Source: a virus
DNA length: 64,000 nucleotides
Strand: one strand, 5' to 3'
IMG/VR virus record: IMGVR_UViG_3300027686_001029
Of the stretch, positions 18,429-27,990 are shown one piece after another. How positions within the stretch are numbered: the stretch's first letter is position 1; each line of letters opens with the position of its first letter. The position numbers were made by a program, and so were the translations under genes. Under the pieces are notes generated by a model. It ran no database searches, was not told the origin of the DNA, and saw only the letters and a list, made by a program, of their open reading frames with translations.

Positions 18429-19163
18429 CTAAAAGTACATTTTATTATTTTTCATACAATCTATTGCATAATCAGCAAAGTCTCTATTTCCTTTTGGTGA
18501 CCAATGTCCATCTGGATATTCACCTTTGCTAGCTTCCCATATAGTTTCAAACTTATCTCTAATTCCATCTACCCAGTAGTATATTTTAGTATGTGGGTTA
18601 GCTTTGTTTAAGGTTCTTATGAGGTCTAAAAAGATATTATTCCAGTATAAATCAAAGTCTTTTTTAAAAGGAATTATAAATTCTTCATGGTAATCTAAGA
18701 AACAATTTGCAGAGTTAAGAGAATCACCTGATCTTTTAACCATAGTCTGTATTTCCTGTGTATGAATGGTTATTAACTGATGATTAAATCTATCTTTATA
18801 TTCTTTAAGTTTTCTAGGATTAGTTTTATTTAATAGGGTTGCGCTATTTAATTGTCTTAGACCATCTGTTCTTTGTATAATGATAGTATCTCTAGATTCC
18901 CATTCATTAGCTGTCGCTAATATCTGCTGCAATATAAGGTTGTTACTTGTACCAGACAGTGCATAACATTTAAACTTATTAAAATTGAGTTCGTTATAAA
19001 TCCTATTATACCAAGATGCAGCTACTCCAGGGTTATCAACATCAATATCTGTAGGGAACCAAGGGTTACTATAGTCCTGTGGGGTGTCTGTGATCTTATT
19101 AACATAGTCTTCTAAATGGTTATGAGCACTATGGCTGCAACCGTATATAAAAAGATTTGACAT
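18429..19163 (-). CDS. SGNH/GDSL-like hydrolase (moron)
   Basis: Block I FIYGCSHS, block II ALSGTSN, block V DGHWSPKGN. Confidence 0.6.
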   Translation of the reverse strand: MSNLFIYGCSHSAHNHLEDYVNKITDTPQDYSNPWFPTDIDVDNPGVAASWYNRIYNELNFNKFKCYALSGTSNNLILQQILATANEWESRDTIIIQRTDGLRQLNSATLLNKTNPRKLKEYKDRFNHQLITIHTQEIQTMVKRSGDSLNSANCFLDYHEEFIIPFKKDFDLYWNNIFLDLIRTLNKANPHTKIYYWVDGIRDKFETIWEASKGEYPDGHWSPKGNRDFADYAIDCMKNNKMYF

Positions 19164-19172
19164 TAAGACCTA

Positions 19173-19259
19173 TTATTTATTATTAATTTTATATAGTTGC
19201 CAGCATATTAACAGACATACTAAATAGAATAGTCCCTGTAAGTAAGGAGTAAGTTCCAC
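19173..19259 (-). CDS. Putative 28-aa single-pass membrane peptide (not in the ORF track)
   Basis: GTG start 4 nt after the protease stop: MELTPYLQGLFYLVCLLICWQLYKINNK*, filling the intergenic gap. Confidence 0.5.
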   Translation of the reverse strand: MELTPYLQGLFYLVCLLICWQLYKINNK

Positions 19260-19263
19260 TAAA

Positions 19264-19842
19264 TTACGCTCTTAGTATATCGTTGAGTATTGAATCTAGA
19301 TTTAAGTAAGGAGATACTTGAGATTTACCTTCTTGTAGTGTTATAGGATTCATAAATGCTCCATGAGTAGAAGGATTAGATACAAAGTCCCAACATACTA
19401 ATTCAAAGTCTGGTTGTACTTCTAAATGTCCTTCATTAGTTTGATTAACTGAGCCTGTTCCTCTAGAAGAGATACCAATAGTATGACCTGCTTTTATAAT
19501 CTCCTTAACAATATTACCTGATGGAGTATTAAGTAGTTCTACTTTACCCATAAGATCATCTCCTTTCCACCATAAGTCTTTAACTACGTGGGAAGCATTT
19601 TTTAAAGATACGATTGGAGATTCTGGGTGATCTAGTTCTCCAAAAGCATTTCCTCTTTTAACGAATTCATCTACATACTTCTTAGCTTCTCTCATGAGAA
19701 TCTCTTTTTTGTAAACTCTACCGTTTTGATTTTCTGCTTTAGCTCTTTGCATAACACCCTCTACTTCATAAACTCCAGGTCTCCCTTTCGCTTCTTTTAG
19801 TACGGACTTAAATGGCGTAACATCTACTAGTAATTGTGTCAT
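19264..19842 (-). CDS. gp21: Prohead protease, T4 gp21-like
   Basis: NQNGRVY, AFGELDHP, NASH, IGISSRGTGS, WDFVSNPS motifs. Confidence 0.95.
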   Translation of the reverse strand: MTQLLVDVTPFKSVLKEAKGRPGVYEVEGVMQRAKAENQNGRVYKKEILMREAKKYVDEFVKRGNAFGELDHPESPIVSLKNASHVVKDLWWKGDDLMGKVELLNTPSGNIVKEIIKAGHTIGISSRGTGSVNQTNEGHLEVQPDFELVCWDFVSNPSTHGAFMNPITLQEGKSQVSPYLNLDSILNDILRA

Positions 19843-19848
19843 GTGGTT

Positions 19849-21534
19849 CTATTTATTTTCCTTTAAGAATTTTCTAAGGTCGAAATTAGTGTTGTTTTCT
19901 CTTAATGTTCCGTTTACAGTTGGAGCAAATAAAGATTCTTTTTCTTCTATAGGAGCTTCTTGCATTTGTTGAGCATCAATTTCTGCTTTAGAGATTGTTC
20001 TAACTTTAGGTAGAGATACTTTAGAAGTGTATCCTCCTTTTATTACCGGTCTTAAATCCTGCTTAAAGGCAGCTTCTAAGGATGGAGAAATAAATGCACC
20101 TATCTTTAAACCTTCTTCGTTTCTAAATTCAGATGTTTTAGCAAATGCACCTGCAATTTTTTCTGCCATCTTATCATGAAATTGCTCTATTTCTGTTACA
20201 ATATTTTCTAATTCATTAACTACTGGTTTAACGCCTGGAAAATTATCGTAGCCTTTTCCCCAATCTGATAGTTTGGCTGTAGCAGCTTCGTTAATAAGTG
20301 TTTTCTTGATAATGGATTTAATAGCTTCTTTAAGTTGCTCATCTTTACCCATTGCTTTTTTAATAGCTTTATCTTTAGCATGCATATAATCATCTCCATC
20401 GATGTCTCCATCTCCGTCGTGATCTTTACCTTTCTTTTCTGCTACTTCTTCAGATTCGTTTTTGTGGTGATGCTCTTCCATTGATACAACGTTCAGCTCA
20501 TTAACAGAAAGGTTCTTAACAATCTTATTACTGTTCTTAAAGAATACATCATAATGAGTAACTTCTCCCTTTCCAGGTGCTGTTTCTACTAAAGTATGAC
20601 GTCCATGTAGACATATACCGGGTCCTAGCTTTTCATGAAGTACGTGAGATGCACAATCATGTGTTAGAGTGGTAGAGTCTGAGTCAGTATCCATAGTGGA
20701 TTGCTTTTCTTGTATTTTCATTTGGTAATTAGCATCAATGAATTGATTAAACTCCTCTAATGGATCTTCTCCTCTAGCTAAGTCACTATGATGCATTTTA
20801 ATAAACTCTTGAATTATATCATTTAATTCATTACCAGGAAATACGTCTTTATAATGGTCTTTTATGTGTTTAATAATGTTCTCCAAGTTTTCTTTAACTA
20901 GTTTTAATCCTCTTGGAAGTCTTTTCTTTTCTAATTTTAAATCCTTAGGTACTCCGTTGTCTGATTCATCATCTGCTATATGAGCAGTAACATCTATTCC
21001 ATCTCCAAACCCTTCTTTTAAGGTTGCTTTTTTAAGTCCGTTAAAAGTATCAACGTGATTGTTAGTAGTAACTTCTACTGCTTTATCATGTTTGTCTACT
21101 TTATCGGAATTTCCTGATATTAGATCTAGGTAGTGATTACAATTTTTGTCTAAATTAGCTTTAGCTTTTTTATATGCTGCATTATAGTCATCTTCTGTGA
21201 TATGATCTACAGGAAGATTTACACCTGCAGTTTCTAATTCTACTCTTATTCCTCTATCTAAAGTATCTAAAGAGTAGTTAATAGGTTGTTCTCCCTTTTT
21301 GCTATAATTCTCTTCTGCAAGTACTTCTACCTTAGCTTTCTTAGCTTCTACTTTGACAGTTGAAGTTTCAAATAATAGACCTCTATTCTTTAATATTTGA
21401 ACAGTATCGTCGTAGCCATTAAATTGACTGATATGTTGTGGGTGAGTTAAACGCATTTGTCTTACAAATTCTTTAGGAGACATTGCTCCTTCGTTTACAG
21501 CTCTATATTTTTCTGTTGTTGTTACTGTTCTCAT
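19849..21534 (-). CDS. Modular head-associated protein with many L/I/V-x-E sites and an EF-hand-like motif
   Basis: DHDGDGDIDGDDY loop; His-rich module; C-terminal NFDLRKFLKENK. Confidence 0.55.
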   Translation of the reverse strand: MRTVTTTEKYRAVNEGAMSPKEFVRQMRLTHPQHISQFNGYDDTVQILKNRGLLFETSTVKVEAKKAKVEVLAEENYSKKGEQPINYSLDTLDRGIRVELETAGVNLPVDHITEDDYNAAYKKAKANLDKNCNHYLDLISGNSDKVDKHDKAVEVTTNNHVDTFNGLKKATLKEGFGDGIDVTAHIADDESDNGVPKDLKLEKKRLPRGLKLVKENLENIIKHIKDHYKDVFPGNELNDIIQEFIKMHHSDLARGEDPLEEFNQFIDANYQMKIQEKQSTMDTDSDSTTLTHDCASHVLHEKLGPGICLHGRHTLVETAPGKGEVTHYDVFFKNSNKIVKNLSVNELNVVSMEEHHHKNESEEVAEKKGKDHDGDGDIDGDDYMHAKDKAIKKAMGKDEQLKEAIKSIIKKTLINEAATAKLSDWGKGYDNFPGVKPVVNELENIVTEIEQFHDKMAEKIAGAFAKTSEFRNEEGLKIGAFISPSLEAAFKQDLRPVIKGGYTSKVSLPKVRTISKAEIDAQQMQEAPIEEKESLFAPTVNGTLRENNTNFDLRKFLKENK

Positions 21535-21768
21535 TTATATATAATCTATAAGTTTAGTGCTTGTGGGCCTTTTAGGTCTCTTAACTACTTTTAAACCGTC
21601 TTTCTTTGATGATTTAGTTGCTTTATTTTTTGTTTCATCTGTACCGAATGCTCCTACATGTCCTTTAGCAGATCCTTGACCTGCTTTCATTGTAGCTCCT
21701 CCCGTATTTGTGGTACTAGTTTCTGTTAATACTTCTCTTACTAATTGTATTAGAATAGATCTTTTCAT
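21535..21768 (-). CDS. Small tagged head-associated protein
   Basis: MKRSILIQLVREVLTE followed by a Gly/Lys-rich peptide. Confidence 0.55.
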   Translation of the reverse strand: MKRSILIQLVREVLTETSTTNTGGATMKAGQGSAKGHVGAFGTDETKNKATKSSKKDGLKVVKRPKRPTSTKLIDYI

Positions 21769-21769
21769 A

Positions 21770-22624
21770 TTAGAATGTTTTTAGTTCATTAACTAAATCA
21801 TAATATTGCATAAGATTAACTAAATGACTATCTTTAATTTTCTCTTTAGCACTTACTGGTTTGATAGATTTAGAAATTTCATCTAATTTAATCTTTACTA
21901 CTTCGTCTTTAATTTTAGCTCCGTACTTATTGATTATATCGCTAATCTTAATAAGTTCCTCATTAACTATTTTACGTAAAGCAGAAGTAGATTCAACTGA
22001 TGTAATAAAGAGTTTTAATATATTCTTCTGTTCAGGAAGGAGTTCTTTATAGTTATCGTTGAATTTTTCTAATAGTATTTTAAATGTTAATAATCTTAAA
22101 TCTTTGTCGTATTTAGAATACTCCTCGATTAAACTTTCTTTAACATCATCTTTATCCTGTATAGTGGAAGTAAGGTGTTCTAAAATTGTAGTTTTATTAT
22201 TTACTAAATCTGAAGGAGATACTATTGTTTTAGCATTCTGTCCTTCTAGTAAACAGTAAAGGGAAGCAAGTGCTTTATAGTCTCTAACTTGAATAGCAAA
22301 AAAATCATCTATATTATACGATTTCTTTATTTCAGCTACAAGAGCATACTTCTGTTTTTTAAGTTGCGACTGATCTAGTTTTCGAGATACCTCAGTTATA
22401 GTAGAAAGTATAGTTTCAGCTTTGTGCCTGTCTACTCCTCTATTCTTTAATATAAATTCATATAATTTGAATTCTCTTACTAGCGATGTTCTTCCTCCGA
22501 AGTGGTTCTTTAGTATACCTACAGCCTTACTATCCTTATTGTTAAGTGTATCAGCAGCTATCTGCTTTACTAACAATTCGAAGATAAGACCAGTATTACG
22601 TAATTTTGAGTGTTTTATTTTCAT
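21770..22624 (-). CDS. Hypothetical helical protein between portal and protease
   Basis: 284-aa ORF with its own TATTTATA box at 22641-22648. Confidence 0.65.
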   Translation of the reverse strand: MKIKHSKLRNTGLIFELLVKQIAADTLNNKDSKAVGILKNHFGGRTSLVREFKLYEFILKNRGVDRHKAETILSTITEVSRKLDQSQLKKQKYALVAEIKKSYNIDDFFAIQVRDYKALASLYCLLEGQNAKTIVSPSDLVNNKTTILEHLTSTIQDKDDVKESLIEEYSKYDKDLRLLTFKILLEKFNDNYKELLPEQKNILKLFITSVESTSALRKIVNEELIKISDIINKYGAKIKDEVVKIKLDEISKSIKPVSAKEKIKDSHLVNLMQYYDLVNELKTF

Positions 22625-22640
22625 TCTACACGTTTACTAT

Positions 22641-22648
22641 TATAAATA
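22641..22648 (-). promoter_or_regulatory. Candidate late promoter box TATTTATA
   Basis: About 17 nt upstream of ATG 22624. Confidence 0.65.
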
Positions 22649-22652
22649 TGGG

Positions 22653-24548
22653 TTAGTTTCCTAAATCTCTAATGTTATCCTCTTTTAACATTTCTGATTC
22701 TTTCACCGTATCTTTCTTAAAGACAATATCTTTGAGCATATCTTTATTTTTATGGTAAACTGTTTTAGTTGTTAGGCCTTCCATAACATTGTCATTGTCT
22801 GAAGGAAAGCCTCCATGCATGCCATGTGTCCCTAGAGGATCACGTCCTCCTAAGCCTTTATTAGTACCGTATATAGATGCCTTCTCAGTTGGTCTTCCTC
22901 CTTCTGGGCCTGGTTCTCCCCATTCAGGTGTTTCTTCTACTTCGGAATATCCAGGAGGTAAATCATCTGGTCCTCCGCCTTTCGGTGTTGAAGTAGAACG
23001 TCTACCGTACATAGAAGCAAGATCATGTGGTGTACCGTAAGAAGTACCTGATTTAGCAGGATCGTTTCCTTCACCTTCTATCTGTGCTATTCTGAATAGT
23101 CGTTTACTATCTTCTCTAACTAAGTCTCTCATTTCCATGTAAGCATCTTCTGATAGATCGAATATATTTTCATATATGTAGTCTGAAGAGAATAGTTTAG
23201 TGTCTTTCATTTGGTTTGCAAGATCTACCTTCTCTTTTAATAGAGCTATTTTCTCTTGTTCAAATATAATAGATGGAGTAGTTAACTTTAATTCAAAGTT
23301 AGTTAAACTCTCACCTGTAAATCCTTGAGTATATAAATGTACTAAAGCTATCTTAGTTAACTCTGATTCTATAATTCTTTGTATTCTCTCTACTGTACGA
23401 GCAAATCTAATATCTTCTGCTGCTAGAGTAGCTTTCCCGCTTAAATCACCTTCATATCCAAAGTATGCCTTAGGTATCTTTAATGCAGCAAATAACTTAG
23501 CTTGTAAGTACTGTACATCGTTTGTTCCATCGTACTCTAATCCTTTAGTAGTCTCAATACGAGTAGAAGTATCTCCTCCTCTAACAGGTAGATAGAAATC
23601 TTCCATCATATTCTGCATATTGAACTTTAAGTTATATTGACCATCAGATCCTACATAAGGAGTCTTTTTCATCTGTGTAATAGTCTTCTGCATAAAGTTC
23701 TCTACTTCATTAGGAGGTATATTACCTACATTAACGTAGAACATTCTTTTCTCAGGAGCTCTCATTATACGGTGTATTAACATCGCATCCTCCATAAGAG
23801 TAACTTGTTTATATATCTTTCTTGCTGGTTCTAAGTAAGAACGGCCGTAAGGTAGGTAGTTAGTATCTGATAGTAATCTAAAATGTGCTATTTCGTAGTT
23901 ATCAAATTGTATTGTTTTAGCATCTCTTTTAGGTATATAATTAGGATCTTGAGAAGAAGCTAATCCATCAGGATCTAATTGAAAAGTTACACCTTGAGGT
24001 TTTTCAGGATCTAATCCTTCAAATCTTACCATATTATATACGGTATAAGGAATAACATTATAAACACCAAATTTCTCTGCTATCTCTAACTTTAAGAAAA
24101 AGTCACCGTGCTTACACATATTACGTGTCCAGCTCCATAAGTTAAATTCTATGTTAAGTACATCGTAGAATAAATTATATAGTACTCTTTGTATATTCTC
24201 ATCTGATGATTTAATTCCTAGTACTTCATTCTTATCACTCTTTACAGTAGCTTCATCTGCTAGAATATCTAAAGCTGATGCTATGATAGGATCAGTATCC
24301 ATTGCCTCATAATCAGAATAGAGTTGAATCCTTAATGTCTGATAATTTACATTAGGGTTAAATATATTTTTATTGTTGTATATATAAAGACGGCTAAATT
24401 TGTCCATCAGTGAGTTAGTCTGGTATTTACCAGTACTCTGTATATTGTTAGTATCAACTATCTTTAATTGATCCCCTCCGATATTTCTTACTATTACATC
24501 GGATGAAAATAATCTTGACAGTCTACTAAATAATGAGCGGTTCGCCAT
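22653..24548 (-). CDS. gp20: Portal protein, T4 gp20-like
   Basis: EDAMLIHRIMRAPEKRMFYVNVGNIP, MEDFYLPVRGG...T-I-E-T, LFAALKIPK motifs. Confidence 0.95.
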   Translation of the reverse strand: MANRSLFSRLSRLFSSDVIVRNIGGDQLKIVDTNNIQSTGKYQTNSLMDKFSRLYIYNNKNIFNPNVNYQTLRIQLYSDYEAMDTDPIIASALDILADEATVKSDKNEVLGIKSSDENIQRVLYNLFYDVLNIEFNLWSWTRNMCKHGDFFLKLEIAEKFGVYNVIPYTVYNMVRFEGLDPEKPQGVTFQLDPDGLASSQDPNYIPKRDAKTIQFDNYEIAHFRLLSDTNYLPYGRSYLEPARKIYKQVTLMEDAMLIHRIMRAPEKRMFYVNVGNIPPNEVENFMQKTITQMKKTPYVGSDGQYNLKFNMQNMMEDFYLPVRGGDTSTRIETTKGLEYDGTNDVQYLQAKLFAALKIPKAYFGYEGDLSGKATLAAEDIRFARTVERIQRIIESELTKIALVHLYTQGFTGESLTNFELKLTTPSIIFEQEKIALLKEKVDLANQMKDTKLFSSDYIYENIFDLSEDAYMEMRDLVREDSKRLFRIAQIEGEGNDPAKSGTSYGTPHDLASMYGRRSTSTPKGGGPDDLPPGYSEVEETPEWGEPGPEGGRPTEKASIYGTNKGLGGRDPLGTHGMHGGFPSDNDNVMEGLTTKTVYHKNKDMLKDIVFKKDTVKESEMLKEDNIRDLGN

Positions 24549-24566
24549 ATTAATGTGTTTGTATTA

Positions 24567-24574
24567 TATAAATA
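24567..24574 (-). promoter_or_regulatory. Candidate late promoter box TATTTATA
   Basis: About 19 nt upstream of the portal ATG. Confidence 0.65.
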
Positions 24575-24580
24575 GTTAAA

Positions 24581-26155
24581 CTAAAATAACCAGCGTAAAT
24601 CTTCTTTCTCGCCGTTGTTAGTATCCATAAGATAAGGATTATCTAGCTGACTACCAACATTTTGTATAATAGCTTTGTTTTTTGAATTTAAATTAGTAAA
24701 AGAAGAGAGGGATGCTCGTGCTAGATCCATTCCTTGTTGTCTCAACTTTAATGCAGTATCTCTAACGTAGAGTGCGGTTGCGAAAGCAATAACTAAATCA
24801 TCATTATATCTTGTTTGTGCTTGAGGTTTTCCGTTCTTCCAAACAAATACTCTCATTTCTCCGAGTAAACGTTTAGATTGTATTGTTGCTGATTTATCTC
24901 TTATATATTCTATTGCTTTAGCAATAACAAGAGGTCTAGTACGAACAGACATTGTAAAGCCAGGTACTAGCTTATCTCTCTCATACTTAGACATATAAGA
25001 TTCAACTGTCTCCATATTAGAAGTAGTACTGTAGTAGAGGTTCTTATATTGACGTTCTAGTGCTTGTTCTATAGTAGCCCACCCAATATTAGCATTCTCT
25101 ATAACTAATAGTGCATCATTATATTCTGATGCTATTCCTACTAGTACATTACCGAAATCTTTAGGTGATAGTTTACCTTTATATTCTGCTACCTGTACGC
25201 AATTTTCTACATCAAATATATGAAATGCAGAATAATCCTGTCCATCTCCTCGAGCTACATCTGCTACAACCATATACGATTTACCGTAATCAGCTGCCTC
25301 CCAAACCCATAGGTTACCGTCTGCTCCTCTTCTTTCCATTGGTTCAGATAAAGTAGTCTGTTCTATGAATAGCATATCATCTGGCTCAAATACTGTTTCA
25401 CCAGAAGCTAAGAAGTCACAGTCACATTCTTGTCCTGCCATACGAGGACCTAAGTCTTTAGTCTGTTGTTCTCTCCATTCCTCGTTTCTTTCAGGATGTA
25501 CTGTCCAGGGTAGTCTAATAGGTACAAATGAATTCTCTCCTGATTCTGCTTTCTCCCATGTCTGATGGAACCAATTACCTATGCCGTTAGGAGTAGATAA
25601 GGCCATACATTGCCCACCGGTAGCAAGTGTCTGTTGTGCAGCAGCAAAGGTTTCATCAATGTTATCTACAAAGGCTGCTTCATCAATTAATAGTAATGAT
25701 ACTGCTTCTGATCTTGCTGCATCTGCATTAGATGATTTTGCTTGTACTTTAGAGCCGTTCTTTAATCTAAGAGATAGTTTGTTTTTCTCTAATGCCGGTA
25801 ATCTAAGCCATTTAGGTAGTTGATCGTACATAAAGATAACCTTAGTAACTAGGTTACGTGCGGTTGCTTGAGTTGTAGCTAAAGCTAAAACATTCTTATC
25901 TTTATGAAATGTCATTAACCATAAGGAGTATGCTGAAGCTAATGTTGATATACCTAACTGTCTTGATTTAAGAGTGATAAGGTATTGATTGTCTCTAAAT
26001 AAATGTAGTACTTTTTCCTGAAAAGGGTATAGAGAGAATAAGATACGACCACGAGTAGGGTGTTGTATATAACAGTACTTTTTCATAAAGTACGCCGGGT
26101 CTTTAGCACACTTAATATATTCTTGTGCTATTATCTTTTTTATGTCTTGTGCCAT
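24581..26155 (-). CDS. terL: Terminase large subunit, T4 gp17-like
   Basis: LKSRQLGIST Walker A, LLLIDEAAF Walker B, STPNG, RNase H-like VADVARGDGQDYSA and DDLV. Confidence 0.96.
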   Translation of the reverse strand: MAQDIKKIIAQEYIKCAKDPAYFMKKYCYIQHPTRGRILFSLYPFQEKVLHLFRDNQYLITLKSRQLGISTLASAYSLWLMTFHKDKNVLALATTQATARNLVTKVIFMYDQLPKWLRLPALEKNKLSLRLKNGSKVQAKSSNADAARSEAVSLLLIDEAAFVDNIDETFAAAQQTLATGGQCMALSTPNGIGNWFHQTWEKAESGENSFVPIRLPWTVHPERNEEWREQQTKDLGPRMAGQECDCDFLASGETVFEPDDMLFIEQTTLSEPMERRGADGNLWVWEAADYGKSYMVVADVARGDGQDYSAFHIFDVENCVQVAEYKGKLSPKDFGNVLVGIASEYNDALLVIENANIGWATIEQALERQYKNLYYSTTSNMETVESYMSKYERDKLVPGFTMSVRTRPLVIAKAIEYIRDKSATIQSKRLLGEMRVFVWKNGKPQAQTRYNDDLVIAFATALYVRDTALKLRQQGMDLARASLSSFTNLNSKNKAIIQNVGSQLDNPYLMDTNNGEKEDLRWLF

Positions 26156-26165
26156 AACTTGTTTT

Positions 26166-27695
26166 TTAATCTATCTTAGAGATATTCTGTATCTCAATAG
26201 TACCTTGTGTATTCCCATTACTCCTTGCATTAACAGCAACCGAATATGGAACACCTCCTTGGGTAATTTTAAAAAACAACTTTAATCCTCCAAAGGTAGT
26301 ACTATCTTGTACTTCTATAGGGTCTTTCTTGTCTTCGTTATCACCGTATAAATCTATAACCTCTCCTCTTGCGAAAACAGATAACTTAGCTTTACCTCCT
26401 GATGATTGGCCTTCTACTTTAAAGAATGCAGGATTAACTCCAGTTAATGACATTGCAAAACCAGCTATTGCTACTATTGCATCATCTACTTTACTGTCTG
26501 CAAACTTCCTAAATAAAAATTCAATAGACTTTAAAGCTGCATACTTACCTCTTAACCATTTTGATGGGTCTTTTATTTGAGAAGTAGGTTCGGAAGGTAG
26601 TTCACCGGTATCTACATTATATATTATGTTAGGATTACCTCCTACTAAACCTTCTACTTTCTTACGTAGTCTTTTAATACCTTTTTGGTATTTAACAATG
26701 TCGTAATCTATTTCGTCACTAGTTAGGTTGTAGTCATCTTTGACTTTAGAAAATGCACTGAGTAGTGCCTTAGCTTTTCCTCCTTGAGCATTTTGCTGTT
26801 TAAGAGATATAGCTGTTAAAGGTCTTTTTGTACTGCTCCATTCTTCATTAAATAGGCCGTTGAGATTTTCCACGGATTGTATACTTTCTAAACCACTTAC
26901 TTCACCTGTCTGAATATATACGTCTCCTGGGCACCATTTGTCTGCTGGTAAGCTAGTAAGATTAATTGCTTTCTTTCTGATATCGTCGAATAAACCTGTT
27001 CTAATTAAATTAGCTCCTGGGTATCCTTCTTTCAGTGTCAATGCACTTGAGAGTGGTTGGTTGATAAATTTAATATACGCATTAGAACTACCAATACTTT
27101 CTAAATAACTTGCTACCTTAGCACTTGCTTCAGAACTCTCTCCTGGGATGCCATTCTTAGTTAAACTTAGTAAGTTATTTGCTCTTGACTCTATATTATC
27201 TTTAGTAAATGGTGTAGTAATGTCACTTACATAGAATAAAGAAACTAATGCTTCCTTAATATCAGTATCTGCTTTATCTGCAGTAGGAGTTCCTTTAAGA
27301 GAAATCTTATACTCTTTACCTCTAAAAGTAATAGTACAGAAACCAACTGATGAATTACCAGCATTACTGTATTTATAGGAAGTTATTTCGTTTTCTTCTC
27401 TAGCTAAATTTTCTATTTCATCAAACACACTCTTACGTAAATCTGTAGATTGTCCTCCTGTTGAAGGTATATCGGAAAAAGTTAAAGTAAGTGAAGTACT
27501 ACCTTTACTTGTTATATCACCGTAACCGTCTATATTACTTGTAATAAAATTTACTAGGTCTACGTTTTCATTCAATAAGGGATTAAAACCAAACATAGAT
27601 TCAAACAAAGCCATATCCTCTTGACTATTAATGTCAGGATATCCTTTAGTGGTCTTATATGACCATTCTAATAATACTTTGTCTATAAGATTCAT
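26166..27695 (-). CDS. Putative PD-(D/E)XK nuclease with a tagged N-terminus
   Basis: DIKE...DKWCPGDVY...AISLK pattern of restriction-like nucleases; N-terminus MNLIDKVLLEWSY. Confidence 0.55.
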   Translation of the reverse strand: MNLIDKVLLEWSYKTTKGYPDINSQEDMALFESMFGFNPLLNENVDLVNFITSNIDGYGDITSKGSTSLTLTFSDIPSTGGQSTDLRKSVFDEIENLAREENEITSYKYSNAGNSSVGFCTITFRGKEYKISLKGTPTADKADTDIKEALVSLFYVSDITTPFTKDNIESRANNLLSLTKNGIPGESSEASAKVASYLESIGSSNAYIKFINQPLSSALTLKEGYPGANLIRTGLFDDIRKKAINLTSLPADKWCPGDVYIQTGEVSGLESIQSVENLNGLFNEEWSSTKRPLTAISLKQQNAQGGKAKALLSAFSKVKDDYNLTSDEIDYDIVKYQKGIKRLRKKVEGLVGGNPNIIYNVDTGELPSEPTSQIKDPSKWLRGKYAALKSIEFLFRKFADSKVDDAIVAIAGFAMSLTGVNPAFFKVEGQSSGGKAKLSVFARGEVIDLYGDNEDKKDPIEVQDSTTFGGLKLFFKITQGGVPYSVAVNARSNGNTQGTIEIQNISKID

Positions 27696-27980
27696 TTAAT
27701 TACCTAATACTGTTTTTAAAGCATCTTCTGCTGATGTTTTCGGTTGTTCATCCATAAATGCGATTGCAGCTCTAGCAATATCTATTACTCTCTGCTCTTG
27801 TTTTGCATTTTTACCCATGCTAACTTGAAGAACTTTAGGATCTACTTTTGCAGTAGGTACTCCTCCTCCTTTTTCTATGTGTTTAGCAAAGTCGGATTCA
27901 TAACCCCATGCTTCATTTTTAGAACTTGGAGTAAGTTTATTCTCTGTTAAGAAATTTCTAAGGTCAAAATTGTTTTTCAT
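27696..27980 (-). CDS. Small tagged protein
   Basis: MKNNFDLRNFLTENK matches the C-terminal motif of 19849-21534. Confidence 0.6.
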   Translation of the reverse strand: MKNNFDLRNFLTENKLTPSSKNEAWGYESDFAKHIEKGGGVPTAKVDPKVLQVSMGKNAKQEQRVIDIARAAIAFMDEQPKTSAEDALKTVLGN

Positions 27981-27990
27981 ATTATTATTA

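Noticed and set aside
19195-19230. Plus-strand AGTTG as a possible promoter
   Set aside because: No TAnnTT box at the 20-nt spacing, and it lies within the micropeptide ORF
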